The position numbers were made by a program, and so were the translations under genes. A stretch of DNA of 64,000 nucleotides, taken from positions 186,001-250,000 of the forward strand of contig JAANOX010000153.1 in assembly GCA_020184695.1 (NCBI GenBank). Reading direction: 5' to 3'. The notes under the pieces are model-generated. The model did not search any database. It was not told where the DNA came from and saw only the letters and a program-made list of their open reading frames with translations. Numbering within the stretch: the first letter of the stretch is position 1; every line of letters starts with the position of its first letter. Of the stretch, positions 33,305 through 44,959 are shown in pieces. The DNA comes from Histomonas meleagridis 2922-C6/04-290x. Its lineage: Eukaryota > Protista > Parabasalia.

Positions 33305-34408
33305 CTATTCTATTTTTTTTGTTTTATAATTTTGATATAATTTTTCATCATATTTCTTTAATTCTTCCAAGGCATCAGCATCCTCCTTTAGTATTTTATT
33401 TTCTTTAATTTCGTTTTTGTCTCTTTCACTCTTTCTTGTTCCCATCGTCAAAGCCCATTTTTGTCCAGACATTTTCGCCAAGTTTAATGTATTTTCCATT
33501 CTTGCCAATGTTTCTGCTCTACATTTAGTTGCCCTTTCGTGTAACATCTTTTCTCTTTCATGTTTTTCGCGTATGGTCTTCTTTTTCATCTCATTTTCGA
33601 ACCAAGCATCTCCTTTTGCATTGGATTCGATGACGCTATCCAAAACAAGTGGAATGCCGCCTGGGCGTGGTCCTGTTCGGCGGAGTGAAAAATGTTCTTT
33701 TCTTGTTGTAATTGGAGATACTGTTTTTGGCCGTGAAAGGATAAACGCTTCATCAACAGTATCCCATTGTGATTGGTATTTATGTTTTGGTAATTTGGAT
33801 TTTGGAGGAGACCTTGTTTGACGAAGAATTGGTCGGCCATTTCGGGTAGCTGGACGTGTTCTTGCTTTTAATTCTTTAAGATGATCTGGATTGCAACAAG
33901 CACAACCACGGTGCATTTTCTTTTGAGGCGTTTGTTGGTTTTTGGATGGATTGGATTTGATCCGTGTTTGAATATCGTAAAAACGTGTTGCGCTTGATGG
34001 CTCAAAACAACGAATAACATCATAATTAACACTTGGCTTGATAGGAAGTGGGGGAATTTTTGGAATGGGCTTTCCATTTTGTTTTGCTTCAAACTGTGCA
34101 ATCTCTGCTTCTGCTTCAATTCTTTCACACTCCCTTTCGTACTCTTTCTTTTTTTCAATCATTTTTTGAATTTGACGAGGTGATAATCCACCAGTGTCTC
34201 GATAAGGTATAAAAATTTTTTGAGGTGGCCTTAAATTATCTGATTCATCATAATCATATGTGGTAGGAAATGATGAGTTTGCATTTATTGTGATATTTTT
34301 TACTTGAGTTTCAATCATTTTTACAAGTTTGTGATAATAACGTACATTTAAATTCAATAGTTTTACGTTAATTAACGTCCTACCCCTTACTTCCTTGGGC
34401 AAAAACAT
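33305..34408 (-). CDS. Hypothetical basic/charged protein
   Basis: 367 aa ORF with no recognisable domain; true start may be the downstream Met. Confidence 0.6.
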   Translation of the reverse strand: MFLPKEVRGRTLINVKLLNLNVRYYHKLVKMIETQVKNITINANSSFPTTYDYDESDNLRPPQKIFIPYRDTGGLSPRQIQKMIEKKKEYERECERIEAEAEIAQFEAKQNGKPIPKIPPLPIKPSVNYDVIRCFEPSSATRFYDIQTRIKSNPSKNQQTPQKKMHRGCACCNPDHLKELKARTRPATRNGRPILRQTRSPPKSKLPKHKYQSQWDTVDEAFILSRPKTVSPITTRKEHFSLRRTGPRPGGIPLVLDSVIESNAKGDAWFENEMKKKTIREKHEREKMLHERATKCRAETLARMENTLNLAKMSGQKWALTMGTRKSERDKNEIKENKILKEDADALEELKKYDEKLYQNYKTKKIE

Positions 34409-34704
34409 CTCCCAAAAAATTAAAATTTTGAAAAAAAAAAACTTGGTTTCAACAACATGAATACTAATACTTAGAAAATAAAAACAATATTATACAATTT
34501 AATACAAAGGAAATATGTAAATTATTAATTGATTATAGGATATCTTTATGTAAAAATGAATTTATACATTTCAAGCTTGAAATTTAATCGAAAGATAAAA
34601 CATTTCGATTAAAGATTTTATTATTATTTTTTGACCCAAATATTTTTATCTATCCAAATTATTAAAGTATATATGAGTATTAAATATTACTTTCAATATC
34701 GAAA

Positions 34705-34777
34705 GTACCACTGGCCCAATGGATAAGGCGTGTGCCTACGGAGCATGAGATTCCAGGTTCGAGTCCTGGGTGGTACA
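34705..34777 (+). tRNA. tRNA-Arg (anticodon ACG)
   Basis: Acceptor stem GTACCAC/GTGGTAC; D-loop TGGCCCAATGGATAAGGC; anticodon loop CTACGGA; T-loop GGTTCGAGTCC; followed by a T run (Pol III terminator). Confidence 0.95.
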
Positions 34778-35164
34778 ATTTTTTTCATTTTCAACATGGA
34801 TTTTTTACAAACTTCCCTTTTCATTTATTTTCATGTATCTCTTGTCTAATGTTTAGTTCGATGATTCTTCTTCCGTTATACTTTAAAAAACTTAAAATTA
34901 AGTCAATATAAATTTATAAATTCAGATTTGCATCTTAATTATCCTGAATTTTATTTTAATTAACTAAATAATTCGACTTACATCAGCGCCTATAAAATTT
35001 CTCAAAAGCCATTTAGTAACTTTGAGTTATACAACTCAGGAAAACAAGTATTTTTCGCCATTTTAAACTGGTTGCTTGTGAATAAGAAAAGCTATCAACA
35101 TTTTTCAATGGTTTATAATCAGAATTGAATAAAATTTGAATTAGCAATCGTTAGTTTATATCAC

Positions 35165-38100
35165 ATGGAAAAAAACAAGCTCTACGACACCCTCAAATCA
35201 AAGGTTCAAAAACTTGATGCAAATCCATTGTACTTAATATGGGGTAAATATTATCTTAGGGAAATTATTCCACCAAAAAATTTTTCTTCATGTTTCCCAC
35301 AATTAAGCAAATACATTTCTACAATCCAGTTTACTCCAGTTAAAAAGGCCTTATTTCTGAAATGCATTAAAGATGTAAATACCAAAGCACAATTACAAAA
35401 ACAATTAATTTCATTATTTGGGATTGATCAACAAATCATACCAGAGTTCATTCTCATTTTCCATGATGTAGGTAAGATAGAATTTACGAAGAACGCAAAG
35501 AAATCAATCAAATCTATATTCTATTTTACCATGCGATATTTAATCATGATTAATCACCATTTTTCTGAAATAGTCCAAGGCGCACTCTCAGGAAACCAAT
35601 CTTCACTCCTTATTTTCAAGAATCTCTCATCTATGTCAAGTTTCTTTTCACAATTTTCAGAAGAATATCTTAATGACTTTTTCCAAATTTTTGACCAACT
35701 TCTTCAAAGCTTTTCTACCAATCATCAAAAGCTTTTCAAGAACAGTTCTCCCATCCAAACCCAATCATTTGATTTCATTCTTTCACTTTTCCAATTTCTT
35801 AATTCTAAAATCGAACAATCAAGTAAAGTCTTCATAATGAGTAACACCATTAAATATTTTGGTCTAATTCTTAGCACTAATTCATCTGCTACATGGAGCA
35901 CATCCATTTTTATTGTGATCAAATCATTTTTAACAACGATATCTTTCAACATTGGGTTATTAACTAACGAAGACTTTATTTATATCTTTCCTAATGTAGC
36001 CGAAATATTAATCTCAGTACCGAAAGCAGAAAACATTGGACGTGATGAGAAATATCAAATTGGAATTCTTTCATTACGTGTCTTTGAGCGTTGTGTTTCT
36101 AACATTCATAATAGTAAAGTTTTTGAGTCATATTTATCGAATTTACATGAATTCATAATTTGGGTCATAAAGAACTTTTCATTCGATGTTCTTAAATATG
36201 ATAATTCTATAGAAAACATCGAAAGGAAAAATCTGACTGAGTTAGGTAACATTGGTTTAACTGAATATTTAAATCGTAATCCAATATTAATGTGTGAGAA
36301 TCCACTTGATGAAATACTTCAACAAGGGAAAATATTTGAACCTGCAAAACTTGTTGTAACTATAGTTGAAAATCTTGATGATCCTATTATTATATTACGG
36401 AATTTATTTAATACTTGTAATGATACTGAGAAATTACTTGGTTTAAATGATTATCAAATATATGTTTCGTTTATATTATATGTAATTTCATCATTTTCGG
36501 AAGGTGTTTTATCGAAATTATTCGATGATAATTGGGAAAGATTAATATTACCATCATTTTTCTCAATAGAGAATTTAGATAAAACATTAAAAAGTATTCG
36601 AAATGTGATATTGAAAATTATGTTAAATTGTTTTATTAATTCTGATTCTTCACGAGTAAAAATATTAGATTCGATTGCAAAATATATTACACAAAGAGAT
36701 ATCGAATGTTTAGATTTATTTATTATATATTTTAATTCATTGTTGATGACTGATGCTGAAACTTCTTTTGGTAAATTCTTAATCCAATCTTCTTTATTAT
36801 CAATAATAATCGAGTTTTCTAAAGTGAACTTGGAATACTTCGATTTCATACGTAATTTTATCGCAAGACATCCAATATATACATTTCAATCGAATATTGT
36901 TAATAATTTCCTTTTCGATGTTTTTTATGATGAAATTAGACGAAATTCCGTTTTCGAATGTTATGATATTGCATTATCAATACAATCGAATGAAAAAGAA
37001 GCTCATGATGCATTAATTAACATCATTAAAAACGTAACAGTTTTCATTAAAAAACTTTTAAATGAAAAATCCGATTTTTCATTAAACTTCTTCGAAATGA
37101 TTTCGAATAAAGTTTCGGATTATCCAAATGATATAATTATTCAAATGAATTCGAATTTAGAAACATTTAAAACTTGTGCACAAATTCCAATTATTTTACC
37201 GAATTTGTTTTCTAAATGTATTCAATTATTTACAAAAATGTTAAAATCTTCCGAAATGTTATTTAATATTTTAACGAAAAGAGATTCATTATATATCGAA
37301 GAACTTAAAAATGCTTGTATATTACATAAGGAAGGAATTGATACTGTCGATTGTTTATTTGATTTTTTGTTATGCTCTGATAATAAAAACCAAACTTATT
37401 CATTAATTAAAAATAGAATAGCAATCGATTTAATATTAAAAAGAGCTGAAGGTGCAAATGATGAAAAAGAAATATTAGAGAAAATTAGTTTAGTTTTGTT
37501 TTATAGTTTAGAAAACATTTATGCATTTGAGTCTGCTGATGTCATTGAGTTTATAATGAGGCGATTAACTAAAGTTAAAGATTTGAAATTAATAAATTCA
37601 TTTTTGGAATTATATCAATTAATTGCAAGTTCGTCATTTACTAATAAAACATTTTATACTACAATTAATTTACTGAAATCTCCTGAATTTAGATATCCAC
37701 ATATTTTATTCGAAACTTTAAATCGTGTGTTAACTAATTCTTCTCATGAACATGGCCCTTCTTCTTATTTTTATTTTAGTGGTAATGAAACTGGTATTTT
37801 CGGTCCTAAAATTGATTTAGGAGATTCATTTTCATTTGTAACTTCATTTAGAATTGATAATTTTGTTTCCACTTCGAAAAATCCACTTGTTGGATTTAAA
37901 CAAGATAAAGGAACATATTTAGTTTTCTTTTTTGATGACCAACAAATTAAAGCACAAATTTCTGATACTAAAACTACACAAAATTATGAATTTAAATATA
38001 TTTTTGCACCTAAAAAATGGTATTCACTTATTATAATTGTAGATCAAAAAAGTGTTTCATTATATGTAAATGGTGAACAAATCGAAAAATTCTCAAATGC

Positions 38101-41100
38101 TATATCATTTTCATTAAATAAATCCGAGATATCGATCTGTTCATTTGATAAAAATTATTTATCAGCGAATATTGCAACGACATTTATATTAAATTGTATT
38201 GATTTTAATATGATAAGTCAAATGATATCAGATAAAATACCAATGCAATTAAAGCCATATATTTTATGTAATTATATACCTAAAATTGCTAAACATGATT
38301 CATGTATATATGTTACACCTGAAATTCGTTCAGTACCATTAAAAGGGAAACCTATACCTTATGCTACAAGTGCTTCATTAGTATTATCATCACCCGCATC
38401 AGTACCAATACTTTTTCCTCTTTTCACACGATTATTTGGATGTGAACAATGTAAAGATACACAAACGGAATGTTTAAATTGTGGATCATTAAGTACAAAA
38501 GATGGAATACATTATATATTATTAATATTAGATATGTTTATAGAATTATATGAAATATCGAATTCTTTTGGCTCTTTATTGTTAAATATTCAAGCATTTA
38601 AATTATTAAATTATATACTTTCGAATCTGAGAAAAGATTATTTCGATACTAATGTTATACATAAACTATTAAATATGTATAGTAAGTTTTCGAAAGATGA
38701 AGAACTTTCAAAACAAATGACTGAATCGATTTGGTTAAATCTTGAATTAATTACTAATTTTGATGAAGATATTCAAATGGATTATTTTCTAACTTTAAGT
38801 GAAGCATTTTCGATTAATAAAGAAGGCTTTCTAAAATCTAATTCAATCGAAGCGACTGTTTATATGATATTAGTACATAAATGGCCTTCGAAAACACAAA
38901 TTTTAGCTTCGCAATTTTTGTCGATTTTATTATCTGAATCTATGACTTATACTTTAGCTATGTCATTCATAGCGATTTCTTATTATATGGAAAATCCACA
39001 AGTTTTAGATTTAATTATATCGATTTTTTTGAATTTAATTAATCAGAAAAATCAAAATCTACTTAAAAATTTGGAAATATTTAATTTTTATTTCCCATTT
39101 ATACCATTTTTCTCGATTCCTTATTGTGATGTACAATGGAAATCATTACAATGTATAATGAGAATTTGTAATAAGACAATAATCAAAAACGCAGTTATTT
39201 TAGCTGTTATTAGTTTTGTTCCTGGCGAAAATGAACGAAAATTTGCGGAATATATTCAACATTTATTTATTTCACATGATAAAGTTGTTGATAGTTCATA
39301 TCTTCCATTATATATTAAGGTCATTGATGATGAGAAATTTGATAATTTTTTACAAAAAGATTTAACTGAAATTAAACAATTGGATTATTGGTATTATTGG
39401 TTATTTTTAAAGAAAGTTATACCGGTTGAAATATTTGCAAATTTAATCAAAAATGAAAAGGAAATTTTGGATATCTTTGATTTCCTTGATGTTTATTCAT
39501 GTGAGAAAAACATTGATTTAACTGATTATAAAAAAGAACTTTTAATTAAATTATTACAAAAGAATAAATTAACAAAAGAAATTTTAATGGTTTCATTACA
39601 TTTTATTTTTGGTTCTACAATTAAACCTATTAAAAATGATGAAGTTAAATATTTACAAAAGAATTTAAATTTATTTTCATCGAATTCATTAACACGAAAA
39701 TATTTTAATTTAAGAGTTGAAAATAATGAATTAAAAGATTTCGATTTAATTATGTTATTATGTAATGCATTTAGTTCTAAACAATGTGATTTCGAAGTAT
39801 CATTAACAGATACATATACTATACATTCATATGTAATCTTTGCATATCTTTCACATATAATTGAGAAGTTTCATCCCGAAATTCAAATGAGTGTTTTATT
39901 TAATGACTTTTTAACTAATTGTGGTATTCATACTGCATATCAAATATCATCAATATTAAACTCTAAAACGTCTGAATTTAATAAATATTTAAATGTATTT
40001 AATGATGATATGGATTCGAATGAATATCAAATCTTTTTATTCGAAGAACAATTTTCGAATTATTTTAATAAATTAAATCCATTCACTTCTAAGTTTAGGA
40101 ATTATATTTATCAAAGTTTAAGTGTTTTAGATAAAATAGATGTAATTAAAGATGTGAATAATTCACATGAATTATGTTTTAAGATAAATCAAGCCGAGTT
40201 TTCTTTATTAGAAAACTTATATAATGGTTTTATATCATCACAACAATTACAAATTAATACCGAAAAAGCACAAAACATTCGAATATATAATAACTTCATT
40301 CGAACATTAGAAATAGGATGTAGTCCATGGTCAATTAAATCGAACACAATTATTCATTATAAAATGTCGAATTATATTACTCAAAAAGGTAAACGAATTT
40401 TACTTTCGATCAAAAATGAATCACAAAATAATATAAATAATGAAAAAGCAGTTCAAATTAATCCATTGAAAAATAATAATTCACAAGTTAAGCGTTATCC
40501 TGTTAAAAGGATTTCTAAAACGAAAATATTTAAAGGTCAAATCATTGCATATGAAAATAGTTTAATGTTTTATAGCTCCACTGAAAATGGTATTAACCAA
40601 ATATCATTATCGTATAGTCGAATTATATTTATATTTAAGAGAACTTATCATAAAGAACCTTCAATCGAAATATTCACATTTCAAAATAAAAGTTTTTATT
40701 TCATTTTCGACGATAATAAAAACCTTAATAACTTACTTAAATATCTAGAAAAACAATTCAAAAATTTGGTCGTCCGGAAATCTAAAAAATATAATTTCTT
40801 CATCGAAATGAGAAATATTAATAACTCAGTGATCCAAAAACTTACGCCATCAGAACTATTCAAGAAAAGTTCAATATGTAACAGATGGCAAAATTGTAAA
40901 ATTTCAAATTATGAATTTATTTATTATATTAATATCATTTTCGGGCGTACTTTTAATGACCTTGATCAATATCCTATATTTCCAATATTATCTAAAAATG
41001 TTAAATCTTCTGATTTTACTCAACAAATTACTTTTCCAAATCATAAATTAATTTGTGTAACGTTCAACAGAATCGAACCGTTCGCTACACAATTTTCACA

Positions 41101-42226
41101 ACTTTACAGTAAAGAAGACACGAACGTTAAAATTGGGGTGCCCGAATTATATACCTTACCACAAATATTTAAAAATGAAAATAATTTCGATTTTACGAAA
41201 GATATGGAATTACCTGATTGGGCTGAGAGTAATTTTCATTATAGTTCATATTGTTTGCGTAGTTTGGAAAGTAAGATTACATCAAAGAATTTACGGAAAT
41301 GGATTGAAAACGCTTTTAATAATTTATCTATTGATCAAAAGCATCGAAAGTTTAAGAAGGAATTTATTCCACAAACTTATTTTGTGAATAAAATCATCGA
41401 AATTCAAAAACAATTTGCACATTGCGAAAACAAACTTTTAATTGATACACGTACAACAACGCCAAAAGAAATCATTATTCCTGAATCAATCTCTGGTAAA
41501 ATGTTGTGCGCATCAAAAAATTTCGATTTGATCGTCTTCGGCACAAAATTTGATAACTATATTTCAATTTTCAATATAGAAACACAAAAAGTGACACAGT
41601 TTACACATGAAATTTCTTTCATTAATTGTGCTACGATTATAGGTGGATTATACTTATTAACTGGTGGTGGTGATTCTTCTGTTAGAGTATTAAAACTTCC
41701 TTCTTTAAGAGTATTACATATCTCAAGTTTTCATACAGAACCAATTACTTATGTTACTGGTAATGCTGAAGTAGGTCTTGTTGTGTCACTCGACAGAAAC
41801 TTTATTCTTACATTAGAAAATTTGCATAATGGTAAACTAATTCGATCAATTCAAATGGAGGAGTCAAAAAGTGCGCCGTTTATTGAAGTGTTTAAGTCGG
41901 GGTGCCTCGCGTACGTTAAGCCCGATCAAGATATTTCAAAGGTTTACGTTTATGATCAAAGAGGTGAAAAAATTAATGAATTTGAAGTTAAAGGTAAAGT
42001 TGTTAGAACAGATAAAATGCAACTTCAATTTTCTGTTGATGTGCTCGCATTAGGTATTGAAGAATCTAAAACTATCGTTTTATATGATGTTTTAACATGT
42101 AAAGTAATTCAAACAATTGAAGATGTAATCCCTGAACAATTTTGTACCATTAATAGTCTGCAAAGTGTTTTGGCAATTTCAGGAAGTATTGGAAGTTACT
42201 TCTTCATCGAAATGCCAAAAGAATAA
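35165..42226 (+). CDS. Beige/BEACH family protein (ConA-like, PH-BEACH, WD40), divergent
   Basis: RWQNCKISNYEFIYYINIIFGRTFNDLDQYPIFP, VPELYTLPQIFKNEN..., LPDWA, RSLESKITSKNLRKWI; WD40 C-terminus. Confidence 0.88.
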   Translation: MEKNKLYDTLKSKVQKLDANPLYLIWGKYYLREIIPPKNFSSCFPQLSKYISTIQFTPVKKALFLKCIKDVNTKAQLQKQLISLFGIDQQIIPEFILIFHDVGKIEFTKNAKKSIKSIFYFTMRYLIMINHHFSEIVQGALSGNQSSLLIFKNLSSMSSFFSQFSEEYLNDFFQIFDQLLQSFSTNHQKLFKNSSPIQTQSFDFILSLFQFLNSKIEQSSKVFIMSNTIKYFGLILSTNSSATWSTSIFIVIKSFLTTISFNIGLLTNEDFIYIFPNVAEILISVPKAENIGRDEKYQIGILSLRVFERCVSNIHNSKVFESYLSNLHEFIIWVIKNFSFDVLKYDNSIENIERKNLTELGNIGLTEYLNRNPILMCENPLDEILQQGKIFEPAKLVVTIVENLDDPIIILRNLFNTCNDTEKLLGLNDYQIYVSFILYVISSFSEGVLSKLFDDNWERLILPSFFSIENLDKTLKSIRNVILKIMLNCFINSDSSRVKILDSIAKYITQRDIECLDLFIIYFNSLLMTDAETSFGKFLIQSSLLSIIIEFSKVNLEYFDFIRNFIARHPIYTFQSNIVNNFLFDVFYDEIRRNSVFECYDIALSIQSNEKEAHDALINIIKNVTVFIKKLLNEKSDFSLNFFEMISNKVSDYPNDIIIQMNSNLETFKTCAQIPIILPNLFSKCIQLFTKMLKSSEMLFNILTKRDSLYIEELKNACILHKEGIDTVDCLFDFLLCSDNKNQTYSLIKNRIAIDLILKRAEGANDEKEILEKISLVLFYSLENIYAFESADVIEFIMRRLTKVKDLKLINSFLELYQLIASSSFTNKTFYTTINLLKSPEFRYPHILFETLNRVLTNSSHEHGPSSYFYFSGNETGIFGPKIDLGDSFSFVTSFRIDNFVSTSKNPLVGFKQDKGTYLVFFFDDQQIKAQISDTKTTQNYEFKYIFAPKKWYSLIIIVDQKSVSLYVNGEQIEKFSNAISFSLNKSEISICSFDKNYLSANIATTFILNCIDFNMISQMISDKIPMQLKPYILCNYIPKIAKHDSCIYVTPEIRSVPLKGKPIPYATSASLVLSSPASVPILFPLFTRLFGCEQCKDTQTECLNCGSLSTKDGIHYILLILDMFIELYEISNSFGSLLLNIQAFKLLNYILSNLRKDYFDTNVIHKLLNMYSKFSKDEELSKQMTESIWLNLELITNFDEDIQMDYFLTLSEAFSINKEGFLKSNSIEATVYMILVHKWPSKTQILASQFLSILLSESMTYTLAMSFIAISYYMENPQVLDLIISIFLNLINQKNQNLLKNLEIFNFYFPFIPFFSIPYCDVQWKSLQCIMRICNKTIIKNAVILAVISFVPGENERKFAEYIQHLFISHDKVVDSSYLPLYIKVIDDEKFDNFLQKDLTEIKQLDYWYYWLFLKKVIPVEIFANLIKNEKEILDIFDFLDVYSCEKNIDLTDYKKELLIKLLQKNKLTKEILMVSLHFIFGSTIKPIKNDEVKYLQKNLNLFSSNSLTRKYFNLRVENNELKDFDLIMLLCNAFSSKQCDFEVSLTDTYTIHSYVIFAYLSHIIEKFHPEIQMSVLFNDFLTNCGIHTAYQISSILNSKTSEFNKYLNVFNDDMDSNEYQIFLFEEQFSNYFNKLNPFTSKFRNYIYQSLSVLDKIDVIKDVNNSHELCFKINQAEFSLLENLYNGFISSQQLQINTEKAQNIRIYNNFIRTLEIGCSPWSIKSNTIIHYKMSNYITQKGKRILLSIKNESQNNINNEKAVQINPLKNNNSQVKRYPVKRISKTKIFKGQIIAYENSLMFYSSTENGINQISLSYSRIIFIFKRTYHKEPSIEIFTFQNKSFYFIFDDNKNLNNLLKYLEKQFKNLVVRKSKKYNFFIEMRNINNSVIQKLTPSELFKKSSICNRWQNCKISNYEFIYYINIIFGRTFNDLDQYPIFPILSKNVKSSDFTQQITFPNHKLICVTFNRIEPFATQFSQLYSKEDTNVKIGVPELYTLPQIFKNENNFDFTKDMELPDWAESNFHYSSYCLRSLESKITSKNLRKWIENAFNNLSIDQKHRKFKKEFIPQTYFVNKIIEIQKQFAHCENKLLIDTRTTTPKEIIIPESISGKMLCASKNFDLIVFGTKFDNYISIFNIETQKVTQFTHEISFINCATIIGGLYLLTGGGDSSVRVLKLPSLRVLHISSFHTEPITYVTGNAEVGLVVSLDRNFILTLENLHNGKLIRSIQMEESKSAPFIEVFKSGCLAYVKPDQDISKVYVYDQRGEKINEFEVKGKVVRTDKMQLQFSVDVLALGIEESKTIVLYDVLTCKVIQTIEDVIPEQFCTINSLQSVLAISGSIGSYFFIEMPKE

Positions 42227-42594
42227 CACATTATCATGATAAAAAATAAATTTCTATCCATAAATAAATAAACAAATATAGTTTAATTCCAATTATTCTA
42301 AAAGTCCATGTACTTCATTTATATGAAATTCACTACAAAAAGAGCTCGTTTAAATTTTATAAAAAATAAATTAATTAAAAAAAAATTCAATTTTGACAAA
42401 TTTCAGATTTGGATCAATTTTATATATAAATATTCTATGCATAATAACATATTAATGTTCATTAAATAAGACCATTAAAGATTCTGAAGTTTCGAAAAAA
42501 TAATTTGAAAAAAGTGACACTACTGACACATACAAATTTGATGCTAACGGTTTTCAAACAAAAAGTTCTATCGTTCACTTAAATAATTCTTATT

Positions 42595-43497
42595 TTATTC
42601 ATCAATTTGATTAATATTTGTTTCGTCCTGATCGTTCTCATAGATCTTCTGCAACTTGGCATACTCAGATTGGTTGATTGCCTTGGGCTCTTCTTTGATA
42701 GCGAAGTGCCCTTTGACTTCTTCGATCTTTTCTTTGATCCTTTCGAGAACTTTTCGAATTGTTTCAACGCCTTCTTCGTAATTGAAAACTGTTAACGAAG
42801 CGGCATAAAGAGGTGGAGCAATGACAGAGAGCTGCAAGTTGCTCTTTTCAGTGTCAACAATATCATATCCAGCTGAAAGTGCTTTACGAAGTTCATCGAC
42901 TCCCCCAGATGTAAGTACTTCTGCTTCAAAGAGTGAATGAATACGAACTTCCTTTGGAGTGAACATCTTCTGAACTTGTTCTTTAAGTAATTTTTTGTAT
43001 ACATCTAAAATGTCAAGATCATCAATTATGGCTGGATTGTGATATGACTTCTGAAGAGCAGTGTATGCATTACCATACTTTGTATGAAGTGGATATGCAA
43101 TACGTTGGACAAGATCTTGGAATGACATTTCAGTATGTTGCTTAGCTAAATGGGAAATTAAGCTCATAAGATTCTTATAATCAGCATAGCGTTTTTCGGC
43201 TGCTTGTTTTTCTTCTTCTTTTAATCCTTGACGTGATAAATCCATTGTTGCAGAACCCATATCGACTTTAATTACAAGAGCAACATCAATTTTTCCAACC
43301 TTAACATTCTTTGGAATTTTGCGTGTTTTACGTGTTGTATATTGACCAAGAGGAATCATACCTTCTTTTGAAGCATACTCTAAAAGCTCAACCCAAATAC
43401 CCATTTCATCAACACGTGTAAGTTGGACTGTAACAGCTTCGTTTTCTTCTGGATACTCGTTTGGGTACCATGGAACTGAATGAATATCGATTGACAT
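42595..43497 (-). CDS. EIF2S1: Eukaryotic translation initiation factor 2 alpha
   Basis: S1 domain (YPEENEAV..., LLEYASKEGMI, VIKVD...MDLSR); C-terminal LSVIAPPLY; Inr TCATTT immediately before the ATG. Confidence 0.88.
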   Translation of the reverse strand: MSIDIHSVPWYPNEYPEENEAVTVQLTRVDEMGIWVELLEYASKEGMIPLGQYTTRKTRKIPKNVKVGKIDVALVIKVDMGSATMDLSRQGLKEEEKQAAEKRYADYKNLMSLISHLAKQHTEMSFQDLVQRIAYPLHTKYGNAYTALQKSYHNPAIIDDLDILDVYKKLLKEQVQKMFTPKEVRIHSLFEAEVLTSGGVDELRKALSAGYDIVDTEKSNLQLSVIAPPLYAASLTVFNYEEGVETIRKVLERIKEKIEEVKGHFAIKEEPKAINQSEYAKLQKIYENDQDETNINQIDE

Positions 43498-43910
43498 TAA
43501 ATGACCAACGCTAACCGTTGTCCATTCAATTTTTGTGTGCTATTCTAGCCAGAGTAAATCAATCAAAAAGTGTAATTGATTAATTTTGTTCTCAAGGAAA
43601 TTAAAAAATAGAACTAAAAATCTTACTTATAAATATGTTAAATATGTTTTTCTTATAATAAAATACATTATTGAACTTATCATTTTCTTTTTAGAGAATA
43701 AAGTTAATTATTTCGTTTAATTTTAAAAAATATGTATTTTTATTGACAATAAGTTAAAATTCCTTAAAACCAATTTGTTTTTGCAATGAATAGGCTCTGT
43801 ACCTTATATGATAATAAATTTAGATTCGGATAAAATTTGTGTTTTGATTAAAGTCATTTTTTGTTTGGGGCGCCCCACAATATTTAGTAAGTTAAAAGTT
43901 TAAAAATAGA

Positions 43911-44690
43911 ATGTCTCAAGAACTTCGGAATCTTGTTGACTCATTCATTGAGTTTACTCAAGCAGAACAAAGAGTTGCTTCTTATTTCGTTGTTCAAAAT
44001 CATAATAATCTTGAAAATGCAATTAATGATTTCTTCAATCATCCTGGATTGCGGGTCCCATCAGACTTTCGTGATCCTTTAGCTGGCGCTAACACTACTG
44101 CGCCATCACCACCACCACCACCACCTCCACCTCCACCTCCTCCTGAACTTACTGCACCTACACCAGCTCCACATCTCCCACCTCCTCCACCACCTCCTTC
44201 ACCAGAGACTCCTGAAAATCCTGACTTACAAGATTTACTTTCTATTTTCATGAATGTTACACAAGCTGTACAAAGTACCGCCAGGTATTTCCTAGAACGA
44301 AACCAAGGCAATGTAGAGCGCGCAATTTCAGATTTTCTTGATCATCCAAATTTCCAAATTCCTACTAGCTCAGAGACAAGTACATCTGCACCTCACCCAG
44401 AACCAGTGGAACAACGCCGTCAAGATGTTAAGTTCACTGATAATAAAAAGAAGATAAAGTTCGAACCAATCAAACCATCTATTTCACAGTCTGAAATTGA
44501 TCTTTTAGAGTTTGAAGTGTTCAAAAACGGAGTTCTCTTTGATGGAAATTTCAAGAGAAAAGAGGACTTTGACTATGACGAGATGATGAAAAATTTGCAA
44601 AATGGCATTATCCCAACTGAATTTATTGGAGAGCGAGAAAACATTGATGTTGTTTTGCTGAATAGTCTGGACAAGGAGTATTTCAGTTAA
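43911..44690 (+). CDS. p47/Shp1-like protein: two UBA-like domains, poly-Pro linker, C-terminal SEP domain, no UBX
   Basis: LVDSFIEFTQAEQRVASYFV...LENAINDFF and LLSIFMNVTQAVQSTARYFLERNQGNVERAISDFL; SEP-like FEVFKNGVLFDG...LQNGIIPTEF. Confidence 0.72.
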   Translation: MSQELRNLVDSFIEFTQAEQRVASYFVVQNHNNLENAINDFFNHPGLRVPSDFRDPLAGANTTAPSPPPPPPPPPPPPELTAPTPAPHLPPPPPPPSPETPENPDLQDLLSIFMNVTQAVQSTARYFLERNQGNVERAISDFLDHPNFQIPTSSETSTSAPHPEPVEQRRQDVKFTDNKKKIKFEPIKPSISQSEIDLLEFEVFKNGVLFDGNFKRKEDFDYDEMMKNLQNGIIPTEFIGERENIDVVLLNSLDKEYFS

Positions 44691-44959
44691 AATCTGTCTA
44701 GTTCAAAATTTTTAATTATGTTGAATTTTTTAAAATTTTTTACTAACCTAATAAACACCTCCGTAACTTTTCTCTTTTATTGAGGTTGATTAGATTTAAT
44801 TACAAAGTCAAATTTCCTTTTTCTCACTCGTTGCGATATAGCCGATAGAAAATTCAAATCAAAAACCGTTTTCGATTCAGAATATTTCGTATCGTTAAGT
44901 AAAAAAAATTTTTATTTACTAAAAACATTTTTATTACAAATATCATTATAGGTTTAATT

